In this document: positions 1 through 12,080 of the stretch, in pieces | How positions within the stretch are numbered: position 1 is the stretch's first letter | Layout: every line of letters begins with the position of its first letter | Source: Vicugna vicugna | Lineage: Eukaryota | Direction of reading: 5' to 3' | NCBI GenBank assembly: GCA_013265495.1 | Contig: MU060486.1 | Span: forward strand, 930,001 to 994,000 | DNA length: 64,000 nucleotides | Position numbers and translations under genes: made by a program | Notes under the pieces: model-generated | Database searches by the model: none | What the model was told of the DNA's origin: nothing | The model's input: only the letters and a program-made list of their open reading frames with translations

Positions 1-806
1 ACGGAAGAATAACAACAAATCCCTAAAACTTGCGTCCCGGGGGCGGCGCAGCTGGTTAGGGCAGAGCACGGCCCTGCCCTGGGGCTCTGTGCCCGGGGGC
101 TCTGTGTGGTACGACCGATGTGCTGTCGACTCACCTATGAGACGCGATCTTTAAACTGGGGGCCGCACCCTTGCCCCAAACCCTCACCGTCCAAACACCG
201 GAGCCTTGCAGGCTGACGGCTGAAAGCACACCTCTCGTTTGAGGGTTTGAGATTTATTAAAACTCAAGGGTCCCCAAGAGCGAGAGCACCTTGAGCTGCT
301 GTTTATTCTGAAAACACCACCCCTTGGTCACAATAGCAGTTTAAACCAGGCTCTCTCAAGTCCTGAGCGTGGGAACGCTTCCAGAGCCCACCAGAGGGTC
401 CTGGGAACCCAGGGCAAGTCGCGTGTGCCCCGTGGAGCAGGCTCTGGGCCTCTGGGGTGTCCCCTGCGGTGCCCACCTGCTCCCACACGACGGAGGGGGG
501 AAGCCGTGTAGACGCCGCAGTGAAACGCAGAGAAGCTGCAGGCGGCGGGTTTCCCGAGGCCCCCGTTCTAGGAGCGGCCGTCCCCGTGGTGTGAGTGGAG
601 GTACTGCATGCAGGCTGCCCCGGTGGGTAGGAAGGTTCTGGAAGCTGGAGTCCTGGGAAGGGGGCCTCTGAGGGTTGCCACGGCCACGTCTTGCCGGGGC
701 CTCCCCCACCGGCCCAGGCCTGGGTGGTCTGGTCTGGGCAGCACGGAGGGTGAGTGGGGGGCAGCGCCCAGAGCCTGTGCAGAGCCCGAGTCCTCCGCCG
801 TTGTAG

Positions 807-983
807 GCTTCCGTGGACCCTAGAACTTGAATGGCCGAGGACGAGGAAACAGGAGCGTCAGCGCTTGTCCAGCTGGCGCGTTGGCTACTGCGAGGCCTGG
901 GGGACGGCAGCCCGCCTCCCCTGTACCTGTGCCTAGAGGGCAGCGGCCCTGCCCCTGCCCCTGCCCCTGAGACGGACTCGCTG
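807..983 (+). other. Candidate exon (possible lncRNA or microprotein first coding exon)
   Basis: Acceptor tcctccgccgttgtag|G at 806/807, ATG at 831 in gaaATGG context, 51 open codons (MAEDEETGASALVQLARWLLRGLG...ETDSL), donor CTG|gtaagt at 983/984. The peptide is not recognised. Confidence 0.2.
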
Positions 984-1217
984 GTAAGTGTGGGAATGAG
1001 GGGCATCACTTAGAGTCAATCTGCCGCCAAAACACGAAGGACGATGAAGCTTGGACCCGTCAGGTATCTGGTCGCTCATGAAAATTTCGTACATCAGGGT
1101 CCATCGTCCAAACGGGCGCAGAAACAAACTGTGAACCTCGCCCTCTGCTCGTCACACCCTCATCTCGACAAGCAGACGCCGCTGTCCAGGGTGGTTCTGG
1201 TCCTCGCTGTTTCTTAC

Positions 1218-1312
1218 CTGTCGCTGCGGGGTGTCCTCGCCGGCCGGGCACACCTCCCACTCGTCTGTGATGGGGTCAGGGGCGGTGGTGGGCCCGGCCT
1301 GTGCCGGCCCAG
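1218..1312 (-). other. Candidate exon on the minus strand
   Basis: Minus-strand acceptor gcgtgttccccgcag| and donor GACAG|gtaaga; 95 nt; no recognisable product. Confidence 0.15.
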
Positions 1313-2722
1313 CTGCGGGGAACACGCAGCTAAGCCCTCCACGTGCGCAGTGTCCGAAGGCTGCTCTCCTGCCTTTTATCCCAAGAGAAAGGGCCGAGGG
1401 GCCGAAGCCGGCAAACGCACCCCTTCACCCTGAGTCTGGCCTGAACCCCGTCCCGTGCGGTCAGGCCCCTGCGGGCTGGCTGGCTGGTCCAGGGCGCAGG
1501 TTCCGACTCTGGCTGTTTGTGAGGCTCACGGGGAGGATGGGAAAATCAAGACCGAACATGAACAGCGGCTCTCAGGGCTGGCTCCACGGGCTGAGGTTTA
1601 GCCGGCCTGGGCAGAGCCCGGGCGTCCCATGTGACAGAAGGCCCCGCGTGGCTCTGCCGTGCCCGGGTGAGCGCCGCGTGGGGAGGGTCTCTGCACCGGC
1701 CGTGCCGGGGTTGGCCCCAGGCCATCCTGGCTTCCTGCTTCTCCCAGGCCGTGGCCGAGCCGGTCTCCTCTGTGTCTGGAGAACTTGGCTTGAGAGGACG
1801 TCACCACCCTGGGGGCAGGACTGCCGGGGGACCTGCCGCCTGGTGGCCTGTGGGGTCTGCCCAGGGCTCAGGGCCTGGCTTCAGGGCAGGGTGGCCACGT
1901 ACCCTCACCCCACCCTCACACCTGGTTCAGTCCAGCATCAGAACTGAACCGTGGGAATCAAGTGAAACCGCGCTCCCCTCTCAGGTGGTGTCTGGTCCTT
2001 TCTCATGGCCGGGGGGTAAGCGGGGTTCTGCCTGCCTTCCTGCCCGACCCCGACCCCGCTGTGACCCCCGGTCCCTGTCCCCTACCTTTGATGGTCTCCA
2101 CCCTGCTCATCGCACAGGCCGTTTCTCCAGCCCTCAGTGACCTTCTCCCCACAGCCTTTTGCTTTCTGACATTTTCAGTGTCTGTTGCCAGGACCTGCTG
2201 TGATCGGTATGACATGGTCCGCGTGCGGGCTGGAGACAGCCAGGCGGGCCTGTGACGGGACGTGCCATCCCCGAGCCTGTCTGGACTCAGGGATGTAATG
2301 AGTTTGCCATTTGAAAGTCCGGGATCACAGGTTTCCTGTGAGTCCCTCCTCCCCCCCGCCTCCCTCGCCGGCTGATGCAGATTGGCACAGACCTGGTTTT
2401 TCTCGGTGTAAGAACATGAAGACATGAAATACTCTCCGAACAGGAAAAGGCCACCCGGCTCAGCACACTGACCTCTCCTGTTAACGGTTTCAGTGATTCT
2501 CCGTTTTGCTCCAAGAGCTTTGCTGGCGACTGACAGTGGGAGTTGGGGTGAGGATGCTTCGGGACACAGCTTTGGGTACGGGGGGTGGAAGAGCTCGGCG
2601 AGGGGGTCAGGCCAACTCCCCACTTTGGGGACGAGCAAGAGAGGCTCCAGGAAGCTGGAGAGTCCTCCCCCAGGCCCCTGGGCGTGCAGAGCTGCACTTG
2701 GACCAAGGGCGGGTTCCTGTCA

Positions 2723-2889
2723 TGTACCAGCCTCTAATGCAAAAGAATATGAAAAGGAACATACGTGTGCACATGCATGACTGAAACATGCTATGCACCG
2801 GAAACCGATGCAACATTGTGAACTGACTGTACATTAATAAAATTAATCAACAAACAAAACAAAAAAAAAAAAGAAAGAAAGAAAGAAAA
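2723..2889 (+). mobile_element. 5'-truncated L1 3' end with polyA/(GAAA)n tail
   Basis: aaaagaatatgaaaaggaa...gcatgactgaaacatgctatgcaccggaaac...ctgactgtac, AATAAA at 2836-2841, then an A-rich and GAAA tail. Confidence 0.85.
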
Positions 2890-4402
2890 GGCCTTCGTAA
2901 GGCTTGGGGCCGTGTTCACAGCACTGGCCCGACCCGCTGCCCCAGCAACATGAGCCTCGTGGACGGCGGGCGGGTTTCCCCACTTCCAGTTTAGAACTTG
3001 TGAACGTGAGGCTCAGCGCTCTCCGTTGACCTGTGTTGAGGGCAGAGCCATCCGACCCCGAGCACAGTCAGCCGTGGCTGTGGTGCCGGCCACACAGAGT
3101 GCACCCACGGCTCGTGTCTCCAGGCAGGCGCCCCTCTCTCCGGGCTTCCTGCAAGGATCTCCGGCGCGAGGGGTGACCCCAGGACGGGAAGGGTCTGCGG
3201 GACAGACCAGCCCACGGTGGGCGTTTTCTTGCTCAGACACTTGGTCTGTTGCCCCTGGAGAGACTCCTCAGCCACCAGGCTGGCGTGATCTTCCCTAACG
3301 GAGCAAAATGCACCCAAGACGTTCAGGGAGGAGAATGCTGTTGGGTGGGCTGGATGGAGTGGCCAGCTGCGTGTGCTGAGACCTCAGGTTGCCAGTTGAC
3401 CCCAAGCCACAAGGAGTCCTTACTCTCCTAAATATTTGTCACTCTGCACCACATCCCTGGGGGATAGAGTGGATCACGAAAGTTCTAAAACACCACCTTA
3501 TTTTTGTGCAACCAGGGTAGCAACTTACCCCAGCAAACCCGTCTCCCATGCACCCCACCCCGACTGCCCCCTCCCTCCTTCCTGAAGTGTGCGGCGGTCG
3601 GTCACTCACGCACCGCAAGGCACAGGGAATGCGATCACTCAGACCTGGCGCCTCCTAGAGCTGCTGGCCGGCGGGGCCGCTGTTGAGTGGGGCTGCAGAG
3701 GGGCATGTAAGCACGAGTGGCTTTGCTTCGTCTTGAACGTGGCGGGGAGCAGAGGCGGCTCTTCTTACTGAAGTGCTCCTGCAGAGCCCTCTGGTAGGTG
3801 GCATTTCAGCCGAGGTGACAAGACCCCTTCGTTCCTTCAGGTCACTTTCTCCCTTCCCACGGGGGACGAATATTTAGGTCAGTTTCCGCTCAATTTTTTC
3901 TGCTGCAACATCAGGTGTTTATGTTCTTAAGTCACTGCCGTGGATCCTCCGAACGTCACGCAGAGTTCTACACAGGCTACTTCCAAAGAGGGAAAAAGGT
4001 TGGCCAAAAGGGGGAATTTATTTGCAAGGCTTAGGCAAGTGGAAAGATGCGTGAGTCCTACAGAGCGGTTTCCCGTGGGAGCGCAGGGCGGAGTCACTCT
4101 TGTCTGCCGACAGGCGCTCACTTGGAGCAGAGCCCTGTCTGTCTCTGCTCTCCCGACGCCGGTACCGGTTCAGCCATTCAGGGTCGGTAAACACTTCTCT
4201 CCTGTCGAACCCACTTCTCGCTCTGGCCTCTCGCTGTTCTGCCTGCTCTTTTGTGTTTTTCTGGGTTTGGGGGAAGGGAGAGTGGCTGGAGAAGAGACCC
4301 ACAGACCCCTCCCTGCTGCCTGTCTCCCCCAAAACCAGCGATTAACTCACTGTGCAGCAGCATTTGCACACTTTCAGCTGCTCTGCTGAGTTTTGAGAGA
4401 AA

Positions 4403-4465
4403 AATAAATTTTTAAAACTCTGTATTTCCTTATTATTTATGGGCAAGGTTGTTTTTCATTTCTTC
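4403..4465 (+). terminator. Candidate polyadenylation signal
   Basis: AATAAA at 4403-4408 followed by U/GU-rich sequence, in unique DNA. Confidence 0.3.
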
Positions 4466-5315
4466 ACCTGCGTAGAGGAAACAATTGAAATGGGGAAGCA
4501 TTTTCATTTCTCTGCCTGCCGTGGAAAGACACGTTTCGGCCAGGACTGAGATTCTGGGGGTGGAGTGCGGCCGGGGCAGGCCAGGCGGCAGCAGAGGCAG
4601 CCGGAGCCCCAGCCAGGGTGGGGGGAGGCCGACAGGCGCGGGGGTCTGTGTGGTGGAAAGGGGTCCTGACCCCGGGCAACAGCAGCTAGAGGGAGAACTC
4701 GGCGTGGCTCCATGGTGGGCTTGCTCGGACCGGAGCCCGACTCTCGGGCTCCTGGCCCAGACGGCCGCTCACCAGGAACCCTCGGGTGGAAGGCGGGAGA
4801 GGAATGCTGGGCTGCGGGCCCTGGTGCTCAGATGCCCAGGGCTGCGCGGAGAGCTTGGGGCGCTGGGCTCCGGCAGCACCCGCGGAAGGGAGCTCTGTCA
4901 GTGCGCCAGGTTAACTGCTCATTGCGGCCTGGCCCAGAAATGTCCTTGCGACATCTAAAATCATAGCTGCCTCTCTGACCCTCGGGGTGGGAGACGTAAG
5001 TTTGAAAGACGCAATCTAAGGCAAGTGTCCCCAGGCGAATTGAGATAAATGACACTCGGGGTTTCTGAGGGAGGGAAGGGCTCCGGCCTTCCCGCTGAAC
5101 TGCGTTTTCCTTTCATCTCTTGGTCTCTCGTGGTGTTGGAGGTGGGAATTCAAGGGACAGGGGAATGATGGGGTTAAGCTGGACAAATTCTGTTTAAAAG
5201 TGTGGTGACTCGGTGCGGTGCGACACACGGGGGCCACTGACGCTGGACTCTGAGCACCTGGAAACGGGGGGTGGCCATATAAACCATGTGTCCCCCCAGC
5301 CTAGCATTTCAGCGC

Positions 5316-6330
5316 TGGGTCAGTTTCCTTGGGCGGCCGTGACAGAGTGCCACCAGTGGGGGCCTAAGCCCACAGAACTGGACACCAGTTCTCAGGGCGG
5401 GAAATCCAAAATCCAGGTGTTGGCAGGGCCGTCTGCCTCTGCGGCCTGTAGGGGGAGGGGTCTCCTGCGCGGTTTCCCAGCTCCTGGTGTTTGATGGAAA
5501 ACCCTCGGTGTTCCTCGGCCCCGTCTCCGCCTCCGCCCTCACGGGGCCTCCTTCCCTCACGGGACTCTGTCCTGCATCACCTCTCTTTTCTTGTAAGGGC
5601 ACCAGGTGTGCAGATGGAGGACCCCCCCCAGCTCTCGAGTGACCCCGTCTTAACTGGGTACGTCCACTGTGATCCCATAGCCAAGTAAGGTCACAGCTGA
5701 GGTCCTGGGGGTTGGACGACAACGTAGCTTTTTTTTTTTAAATTTTTTTATTGACGTATAGTTGATTTCCAGTGCTGTGTTAGTTTCAGCAAAGTGACTC
5801 AAGTCTGTGTGTTCTTTTCCATTACAGTTTATTACAGAGTATTGGCCACAGTTCCCTGTGCTGTGCACTAGGACCTTTTGTTTTATATACAGTCGTTTTA
5901 TATCTGCTGATCCCAGACTCCCAGTTCATCTCTCCCCTCTTTCTCCTTTAGTGACCATAGTTTGTTTCCTGTGTCTGTTAGTTTGCTTCTGTTTTGTAAA
6001 TAAGTTCATTTTAACCATTTTTTTAGATTCCACATATAGGTGGTATCATATAGTATTTGTCTTTCTCTGTCAGACTTCACTTAGTATGATCATCTCTAGG
6101 TCCATCCATGTTGCTGCAAATGGCATTATTTCAGTCTTTTTTATGGCTGAGTAGTATTCCATTGTATAAATACACCACAGCTTCCTTATCCAGCCATCTG
6201 TCCATGGACATTTAAGTTGCTTCTGTGTTTGGCGATTGTATACAGTGCTGCTTTGAACACTGGGGTGCATGTGTCTTTTCAAATTAGAGTTTTCCCCAGG
6301 TATCTTTTGGAGAGACACAATTCAGCTCTC
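5316..6330 (-). mobile_element. MLT1 (MaLR, MLT1B/C/D-like) LTR, split by an L1 insertion
   Basis: tgggtcagtttccttgggcggccgtgacagagtgccac...gaggtcctgggggttggac; the terminal part tatcttttggagagacacaattca resumes at about 6300, after the L1. Confidence 0.85.
5729..6299 (-). mobile_element. L1 3' UTR plus ORF2 C-terminus
   Basis: ORF 6070-6318(-) reads KQLKCPWTDGWIRKLWCIYTMEYYSAIKKTEIMPFAATWMDLEMIILSEV, the L1 ORF2 end. PolyT at 5729. TSD gtagctttt (5724-5732) / gtatctttt (6300-6308). Confidence 0.95.
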
Positions 6331-6910
6331 GGAGAGCGCTCAGCGTGAACATATGAATAAGTGATTCTTGGAAATGCACCCGTTAGGAGTTGGTTGTGGA
6401 CATGACAGACTGAACAAAGGGGTGTGTGCTTTCCTGAGCGCTAAACGTAGGTGTGTGTGTATGTAGATGCATTTTACACGTTTGTGTAGCACACGCATAT
6501 ACTAGTTAAAATTGTACTAAAGTTTCAGCGTGTGCTTTTGAAAGACCCGACGCACGGGTTCCCGAGTGGTGATGGTGGAACCTGCACGGAGTGCAGCCTC
6601 ACCCCGCGCCCTGCCGCGTCTCACCCTGCTCACACCTGCCCTTCCTGAGAGGTTCCGCGCTGCTAAGCGACCTCAGCTTGAGGGGGACCGTTTCCTCCTG
6701 GGACAGTCCAGTGTCCTGAGGCCGAGGCGGCCTCCAGGAGGGGAGGTGGCGCTTTCTTAGGGAACAGCGCTCATTCTTCCTGCGGGGGGGGGGGGCGTGA
6801 CTTCAGCTGCTGCGTTGGCGGCTCCCCGAGAGACTGTTTAAAGCCCAAGAGGAGTTTTCACTGATTAATTAAGAAGAAGTTTCTGTGCGAGTCTGAGGTT
6901 TGCAGACCCT

Positions 6911-7102
6911 AACTACTACATATAAAATAGAGACACAACACGGTCCTACCGTACAGCACGGAAACTATATTCCATGTCTTGTAGTGACTGTAATGAAAAA
7001 GAACACGAAAGCAATATGTGTCTGTACACGTGTGACCGAAACAGGATGCTGTGCAGCAGAAACTGACACAGCATTGTAAACTGACTAGACTGCAAGTGAA
7101 AA
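6911..7102 (+). mobile_element. L1 3' end fragment
   Basis: aactactacatataaaataga...tgctgtgcagcagaaactgacacagcattgtaaactgacta matches the artiodactyl L1 3' UTR. Confidence 0.85.
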
Positions 7103-8683
7103 ACATCTGCCCCGCGCTGTCTTCTGTCTCCTGAACGCCGGTGCTGCAAGAGAAGGAGCGTGCGGTCCTCACTTGACCACAGCCTTGACCTGTCCTGGGG
7201 CGGCTTCCGTGCTGGGGGTGCTGCTGGACGGGAGTAGGGCCTGGCAGGCGGCGGGGGAGCTGACCCTGGGCCCCCACCCCCACCGGTGTCACTCTCCTTG
7301 TCCTCCCAGAGCCCGGGCGCCTGCTGGTCTTTCCAGGATGCCCTCAGGGCTCCTTCGTGCCCTTGACCCTCCCCAGCCTTCTTGCTCACGCAGGTGCCCG
7401 GGAGAAGGTGCTGATTCATGTCTGTCCTCTGACTCCAGCTAGAATAAGCTGGAGAGGATGGCCGTGCGTATCAACAAGGTCTCACTTCCTTGTGTGGCCG
7501 CCCCACTGCTGTCTCTTGCTCTGCCCGGCTCTCCTCGAAACCCCTGGCAGCCTTCTGAGATTAAATGCAGAGCTCTTGAAAAATCTAAGCCCAGCAAGAA
7601 GTTGCCGTCTCAGCGGCAGGCCGAGCGTTCCAGGCTGCCGTCTTATTAAGAGCAAAGGAAATTTTGATTTAAAGGAAGGCCCTTAATTTCCCAACAAGGG
7701 GTGGAAGCGGTAGCATTTCTTCCATCCCCTGCTGACTCACCACTTTGCAGAAACTTGGCTGCACCGTGTCCTGCTCCGTCCTTTGTGCTGGGATGTTCTG
7801 TCTGAGTCTTTCACAAAGAGATGTTCTTTAATAAGAAGTACATTGATGCTGTTGAAGGGAACAAATTGGTGGATATTTGTGAGTTTGGTTAAAATAAGAA
7901 AGATGCGTTCTCAGCAAGCGGTCATGCGTGCTCAGACCTAGCTCACCTGCCGCCCCCCCAGCCACCCCTGCCCCTCGCCCCCCGTCCTCGGCACCAGGGC
8001 ATCCGCTTGCCGGGCTGAAAGGGCAGGGCCGTGACCGTTGTGTGACCGCAGAGGGCAGCCCGGGCCAGACACACAAGCGCAATCCCACGGCAGGGAACAC
8101 CACTTAAGAGCCGCGCTCTGCGTATGGGAAACCTGCCTCCTGGTGGTGCCCCGAGAACAGGATGCTCTGCGGTTCTGGGCGCAGCATATCTGTTTAATCA
8201 GTAACCCTACACGGTGCTGTCCGGCAGTAGCTCCAGTGTGCATGACGTTCTGGGCTGTTAGGAGTTTTTCTTGTTGTTCTGCTAGCAAACTGCGTTTATC
8301 TTTCACTTTTTTTTTTATTGTCAGTTCAAACACCTGCTTAAATACAGGCCAGTTCACAGCACTGTTCACCAGTTACCCCAAGTGTCCCAGCAAGAGCATG
8401 AGAGCTGAGAGGCAGGCGCCTGTGAGAAGAGGCTGGTCTGTGGGCCAGGAGCTGACGGGCAAGAGGGTCTGGATGTAGAGAGCCCGCTCCCTCAGGGCTG
8501 GTCCCTGGGCTCGGACAGCTCAGACCCCCGCTGGTGAGCAGGGATGGGGTGCAGGTGGGTGTCCGGCCCAGACCTGCCCCACTCTTCCACTTGCTTGCTC
8601 TCCTGGTTTGCCTGAGCAACTTGGGTTCAGGGACCACTTGTCCGTCTTCTCAGCTCCTGCACTCAGCCTGCGGCCCGTGCTTG

Positions 8684-8739
8684 GGGGGTGCTCGCCTAAT
8701 TGTGTAGAAAAGCCGGGGCACGAATGAATGAATGAATGA
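8684..8739 (+). mobile_element. L2 3' tail
   Basis: ggtgctcgcctaattgtgt...(gaat)4 tail. Confidence 0.55.
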
Positions 8740-8844
8740 GCAGGTCATTCCAGCGTCAGCGCAGCACATCAGTGCGTCTGAGACTCAGCCTGAGGGTCTT
8801 CCTACTCGCTCTCCTCTCGGGATAGCTGCCGTGCGGCGGTGACA

Positions 8845-8985
8845 CTGCGCTGGGTCGGGCGCCGGTGCAGGCGGGGGCAGTTTCTGAGCTCCAGCGTCTT
8901 CCTCTGTAAAACGGGGCAACGGTGCTGCCCTTCCCTAGCGCTGGACGTGCTCAGTGAAGTGGCGCTTGTGACGTGCTCAGCAGGG
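8845..8985 (+). mobile_element. MIR fragment
   Basis: ctgagctccagcgtcttcctctgtaaaacggggcaac resembles the MIR core. Confidence 0.55.
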
Positions 8986-9209
8986 GCCACTGAGGCAGCA
9001 GGTGCAGCTCGAGGAAAAGCTAACTGGAGTCATCGCCGTTACTGACGCCTCTGGTGGCGCACGCTCCTCCTGCCACTTAATCCCACTGAAATTTTATCTC
9101 GAGTGTATTTAGGGCCCATCTACCTTCACGTTTTTGGTTTAGATTCAGGCAGCGCAGATCCAGCAAATGTCAGGCAAAGATCCAGGTCATGAGGACTGAG
9201 GAAGCAGGG

Positions 9210-9222
9210 GTGTGTGTGTGCA

Positions 9223-9260
<38 letters not shown>
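9210..9260. repeat. (TG)n microsatellite
   Basis: Read directly; one catgc interruption. Confidence 0.98.
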
Positions 9261-9261
<1 letters not shown>

Positions 9262-9371
9262 TTCTTTAAAACCTGAACGTTGCCCAGAGAGGACAACTGT
9301 TCACCAGGCGCTTGCTCTGCGCTGGGCTCGGGGCAGGCGCGATGCTTTATCTTTGTCTCCCCTTTACTTTC

Positions 9372-9500
9372 TGCAAAGTGTTTTGAGGCAGGTGTCATCC
9401 TCCCCTTGTTTCACAGGTTATGAGATTCAGGTACAGAAAGCATATACAGCTCATTTAAACTGTGAACTAAGAGCAGGGTGGATTGGGGCCTCCCCGGACG
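9372..9500 (-). mobile_element. MIR fragment
   Basis: gaggcaggtgtcatcctccccttgtttcacaggttatgagattcaggtacaga resembles the reverse MIR core. Confidence 0.5.
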
Positions 9501-11054
9501 CAGAGTGCGCGCTCCGGGTGCTGGGTTCGTCAGCGCCGCGCTCACCAGCCTCGCCGTGAGTGACGGGCCGGCGCCTCTGCTTCAGGCGCAGCTCAGAACT
9601 GCACGCACGGATCTCAGCCAGGATCCAGGGGCCCGATCCAGTCGACCACGTCCTCGGGTTGAAGTTCCCGGTGACCCCCCTGGGCTCCTCTACACCCTCT
9701 GGGGGGTTGCAGGCACGGTGAGGACGGCGGCGGTGCACTCGCGACTCCCTTCACTGCCCCGTCCCCGTGGCTCCAGGCTTGGGAGGGTCCCGTGTGTGGA
9801 AAGAAGATGAATGAACGTGAACCACTGACTGGGAGGGAAGTGTCTCTTTTCCTGGCCGTCGCACCGCAACAGCGCCCTCCGGGCTGCAAAACCACGACCA
9901 GTTGGTTCTGCATTTTGCGTCGAACGCGAGTCATTGGGGCCAACACTTCCTACAGGGAGGCCTGAACAGCAAGGAAGGCAGAGTTGCCTTCAGAGAAACG
10001 CATGCGTCACTTAGCAGTTTAATTTCTTCCCAAGCCGCGGGAGAGATTACCTACCCATATCGCACTCAGAGCTCTTCTGTCTCGTTCCTGCTAAGTTATT
10101 ATATTTGGGATCTACAAGTTCTCTTTCATAAAGATGGTGAATTCCGCCTGCTCAACACTAATCAGAGTTTTGGAAACGCTGGTTTTAATATATGTATTAC
10201 CTAAAAATTATTAATCTACGGTTTTGCGCTTTTTCCTGTCAATCTATAATTAAATCATATGAAAACATGCTGATTTTACATCATTATGATAAAGGTGTCT
10301 TCTGATATCTCTGATGCCTGTGGCTCCCTCACATTCTTTCTTTAATTGCCAGACACTTTACTATCAGCGCAGATGATGTTCATCTAAATTAATTGTGAAC
10401 GTTAATACACTGGGTCTGAAAAGGAAATCAGCTGTCTCCTCCAGAAAGAAGGCTTAGGAAGCTGAATAGACCAATTTTATGCTAACAACTTAATATCCTC
10501 CTCCAGTTGGGAGCAAAATCTGAATGTTTAGGGAAATACCCCTTTCAGCTTACAGGAGCTTCTAAATTGTGACACTAGTCTATCAGCTGGGTGGAGAGAG
10601 CAGTGTTGTATCCAACTGTGTGGGAACGGAATTTCTAAATTAATTTCAAGACTGCAAAGTCATTGGGATGCGAGTCGGTCCCTTAAATGTGGCCTGAATA
10701 CCCAGGGCTCTCGCGTGGCCTCAGGCGCTTGCTGGGAACCCTTGGCTGGCTTGGGAAGGGGACTCGGGAGGGACGCAGTCCAGGCAATGCCAGGTCACTC
10801 ACTCAGCATCACGTCAGAGGCTGGGGGCGCCGCAGGCCCCACAGAGGGAAGCACATCCCCCGGGTGGACTGGAGAGGAAGGTAAAGATCAAAAGGCCGAA
10901 GACCGGTGCGTTGTCCCCTGGATCGGGGCAAAACCGACTTGACACAATCTCATGTAGTCAGTAAAAAAAGGATAAAGATTTCTGTTCGTTGGGCATCTGT
11001 CACGACTGGAGGAACTCCACAAGTATACCTCATTTTATGCTTATGTTATGTGTG

Positions 11055-11165
11055 CAAAGAGGGTTTGATTGTCCCCATTTTATAGATGAGAAGACCGAGG
11101 CTTAGCGGGATCAGGTGACCTGCCCGGGAGCGCACAGCTAGGGAGCGGTGGAGACAGGACTCCAT
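11055..11165 (-). mobile_element. MIR
   Basis: ccccattttatagatgagaagaccgaggcttagcgggatcaggtgacctgcccggg. Confidence 0.85.
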
Positions 11166-11784
11166 CTCCTGTTGATGAGATTATTGAGGCCTTAGTCTGT
11201 AATGCAGCGTTAACCTGTGCAGCCCCGTAGCCGTGCTAGGCGGACGCTCAGAGCGACTGCAGCTCAGTCCAAGTCACGCTGCTAGTAAACCGCAGGGCTG
11301 GGAGGGGAGCCAAGGCCTCTCTCATCCCAAAACTTACGCTCTTTCCAACACACGCGTCCCACCGCCCACAGCGTCCTCTCCGCGATGCCGAACAGCCTCT
11401 CTGGGGAAACAAACGATGGCTTTCTGCTCCAGGTGCAAGATCCTGGTTCTGCCCTAGACGGACCACAGGGCAGACGTGTCTTCCAGGTCTTCATCTGTCC
11501 CAAGATTGGCAGGCCGGTCTCAGGTGGAATTTAAAAGGGGCTTCACTGGGACGTCTCCGGCCCTGGAACCTGGGGGTGCTCTCCAGCTGGAAAGGGGCCC
11601 CGGAGGGGACCCTCACCTGAAGCAGCAGCGGGTGCCGTGGTGGTGCCAGGATGTCTGCTTTGGGGCCTTCAGACTTGCTCCCTCTGTTCTGACTTGACAT
11701 TTAGCTCTTTCTCCTCCCTCCGACCGCGTGTGTGTCTCACCCGCTGGAGTGCAAGCGTCCTCTAGGCAAGGAGTGTGTCTCCAG

Positions 11785-12080
11785 TTCCTCATTCCACACC
11801 TGTTTGCTGAGGTCCTCTGCGTGCCAGGGACTGTTCCGGTCCCGAGCCGCGCGGACACGGTTCCTGCCTGTGCGTTTCAGGGGAGAGACCAACACGCAGT
11901 GATGACAAGAGTGTGATGGGAAAGAGCAGCGTGTGGTCAGGGAGGGACACCCCAGACTCAGAGATCGGGGAGACTCTCGAGGGAGGGTCTAAGGGAAGCG
12001 CAGAGGGACCGGCCGAAGTCAGGCACGGGAAGCTGGGGCCTGGAAGGAGCAGCATGTGCGAAGGAGTGGAAATTAGCGTT
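11785..12080 (-). mobile_element. L2 fragment
   Basis: cattccacacctgtttgctgaggtcctctgcgtgccaggg...ggaaggagcagcatgtgcgaagg. Confidence 0.7.

Noticed and set aside
39-80. tRNA A-box-like ggggcggcgcagctggttagggcagagc
   Set aside because: No B box or cloverleaf follows; at best a GC-shifted MIR head.
1231-1947. Long ORFs of 200-250 aa (also 356-1009, 14188-14928, 14405-15100, 22530-23144)
   Set aside because: Pro/Arg/Gly/Ala/Ser-rich, overlapping on several frames, with no domains; expected in stop-poor GC-rich DNA.
3060-3120. Pre-miRNA-sized imperfect hairpin (agccgtgg/ccacggct)
   Set aside because: Large asymmetric bulges and only 8 contiguous bp; no known mature miRNA recognised.
8212-8364. 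Possible hAT MITE with cggtgctgt / acagcactg termini
   Set aside because: No 8-bp TSD, and the interior matches no family I can recall.
9268-9281. 14-mer aaaacctgaacgtt repeated at about 39799
   Set aside because: Several repeated 14-mers are expected by chance in 64 kb.
10369-10430. C/D-box snoRNA-like ATGATG...CTGA
   Set aside because: The C box is imperfect, there is no terminal stem, and it is short.
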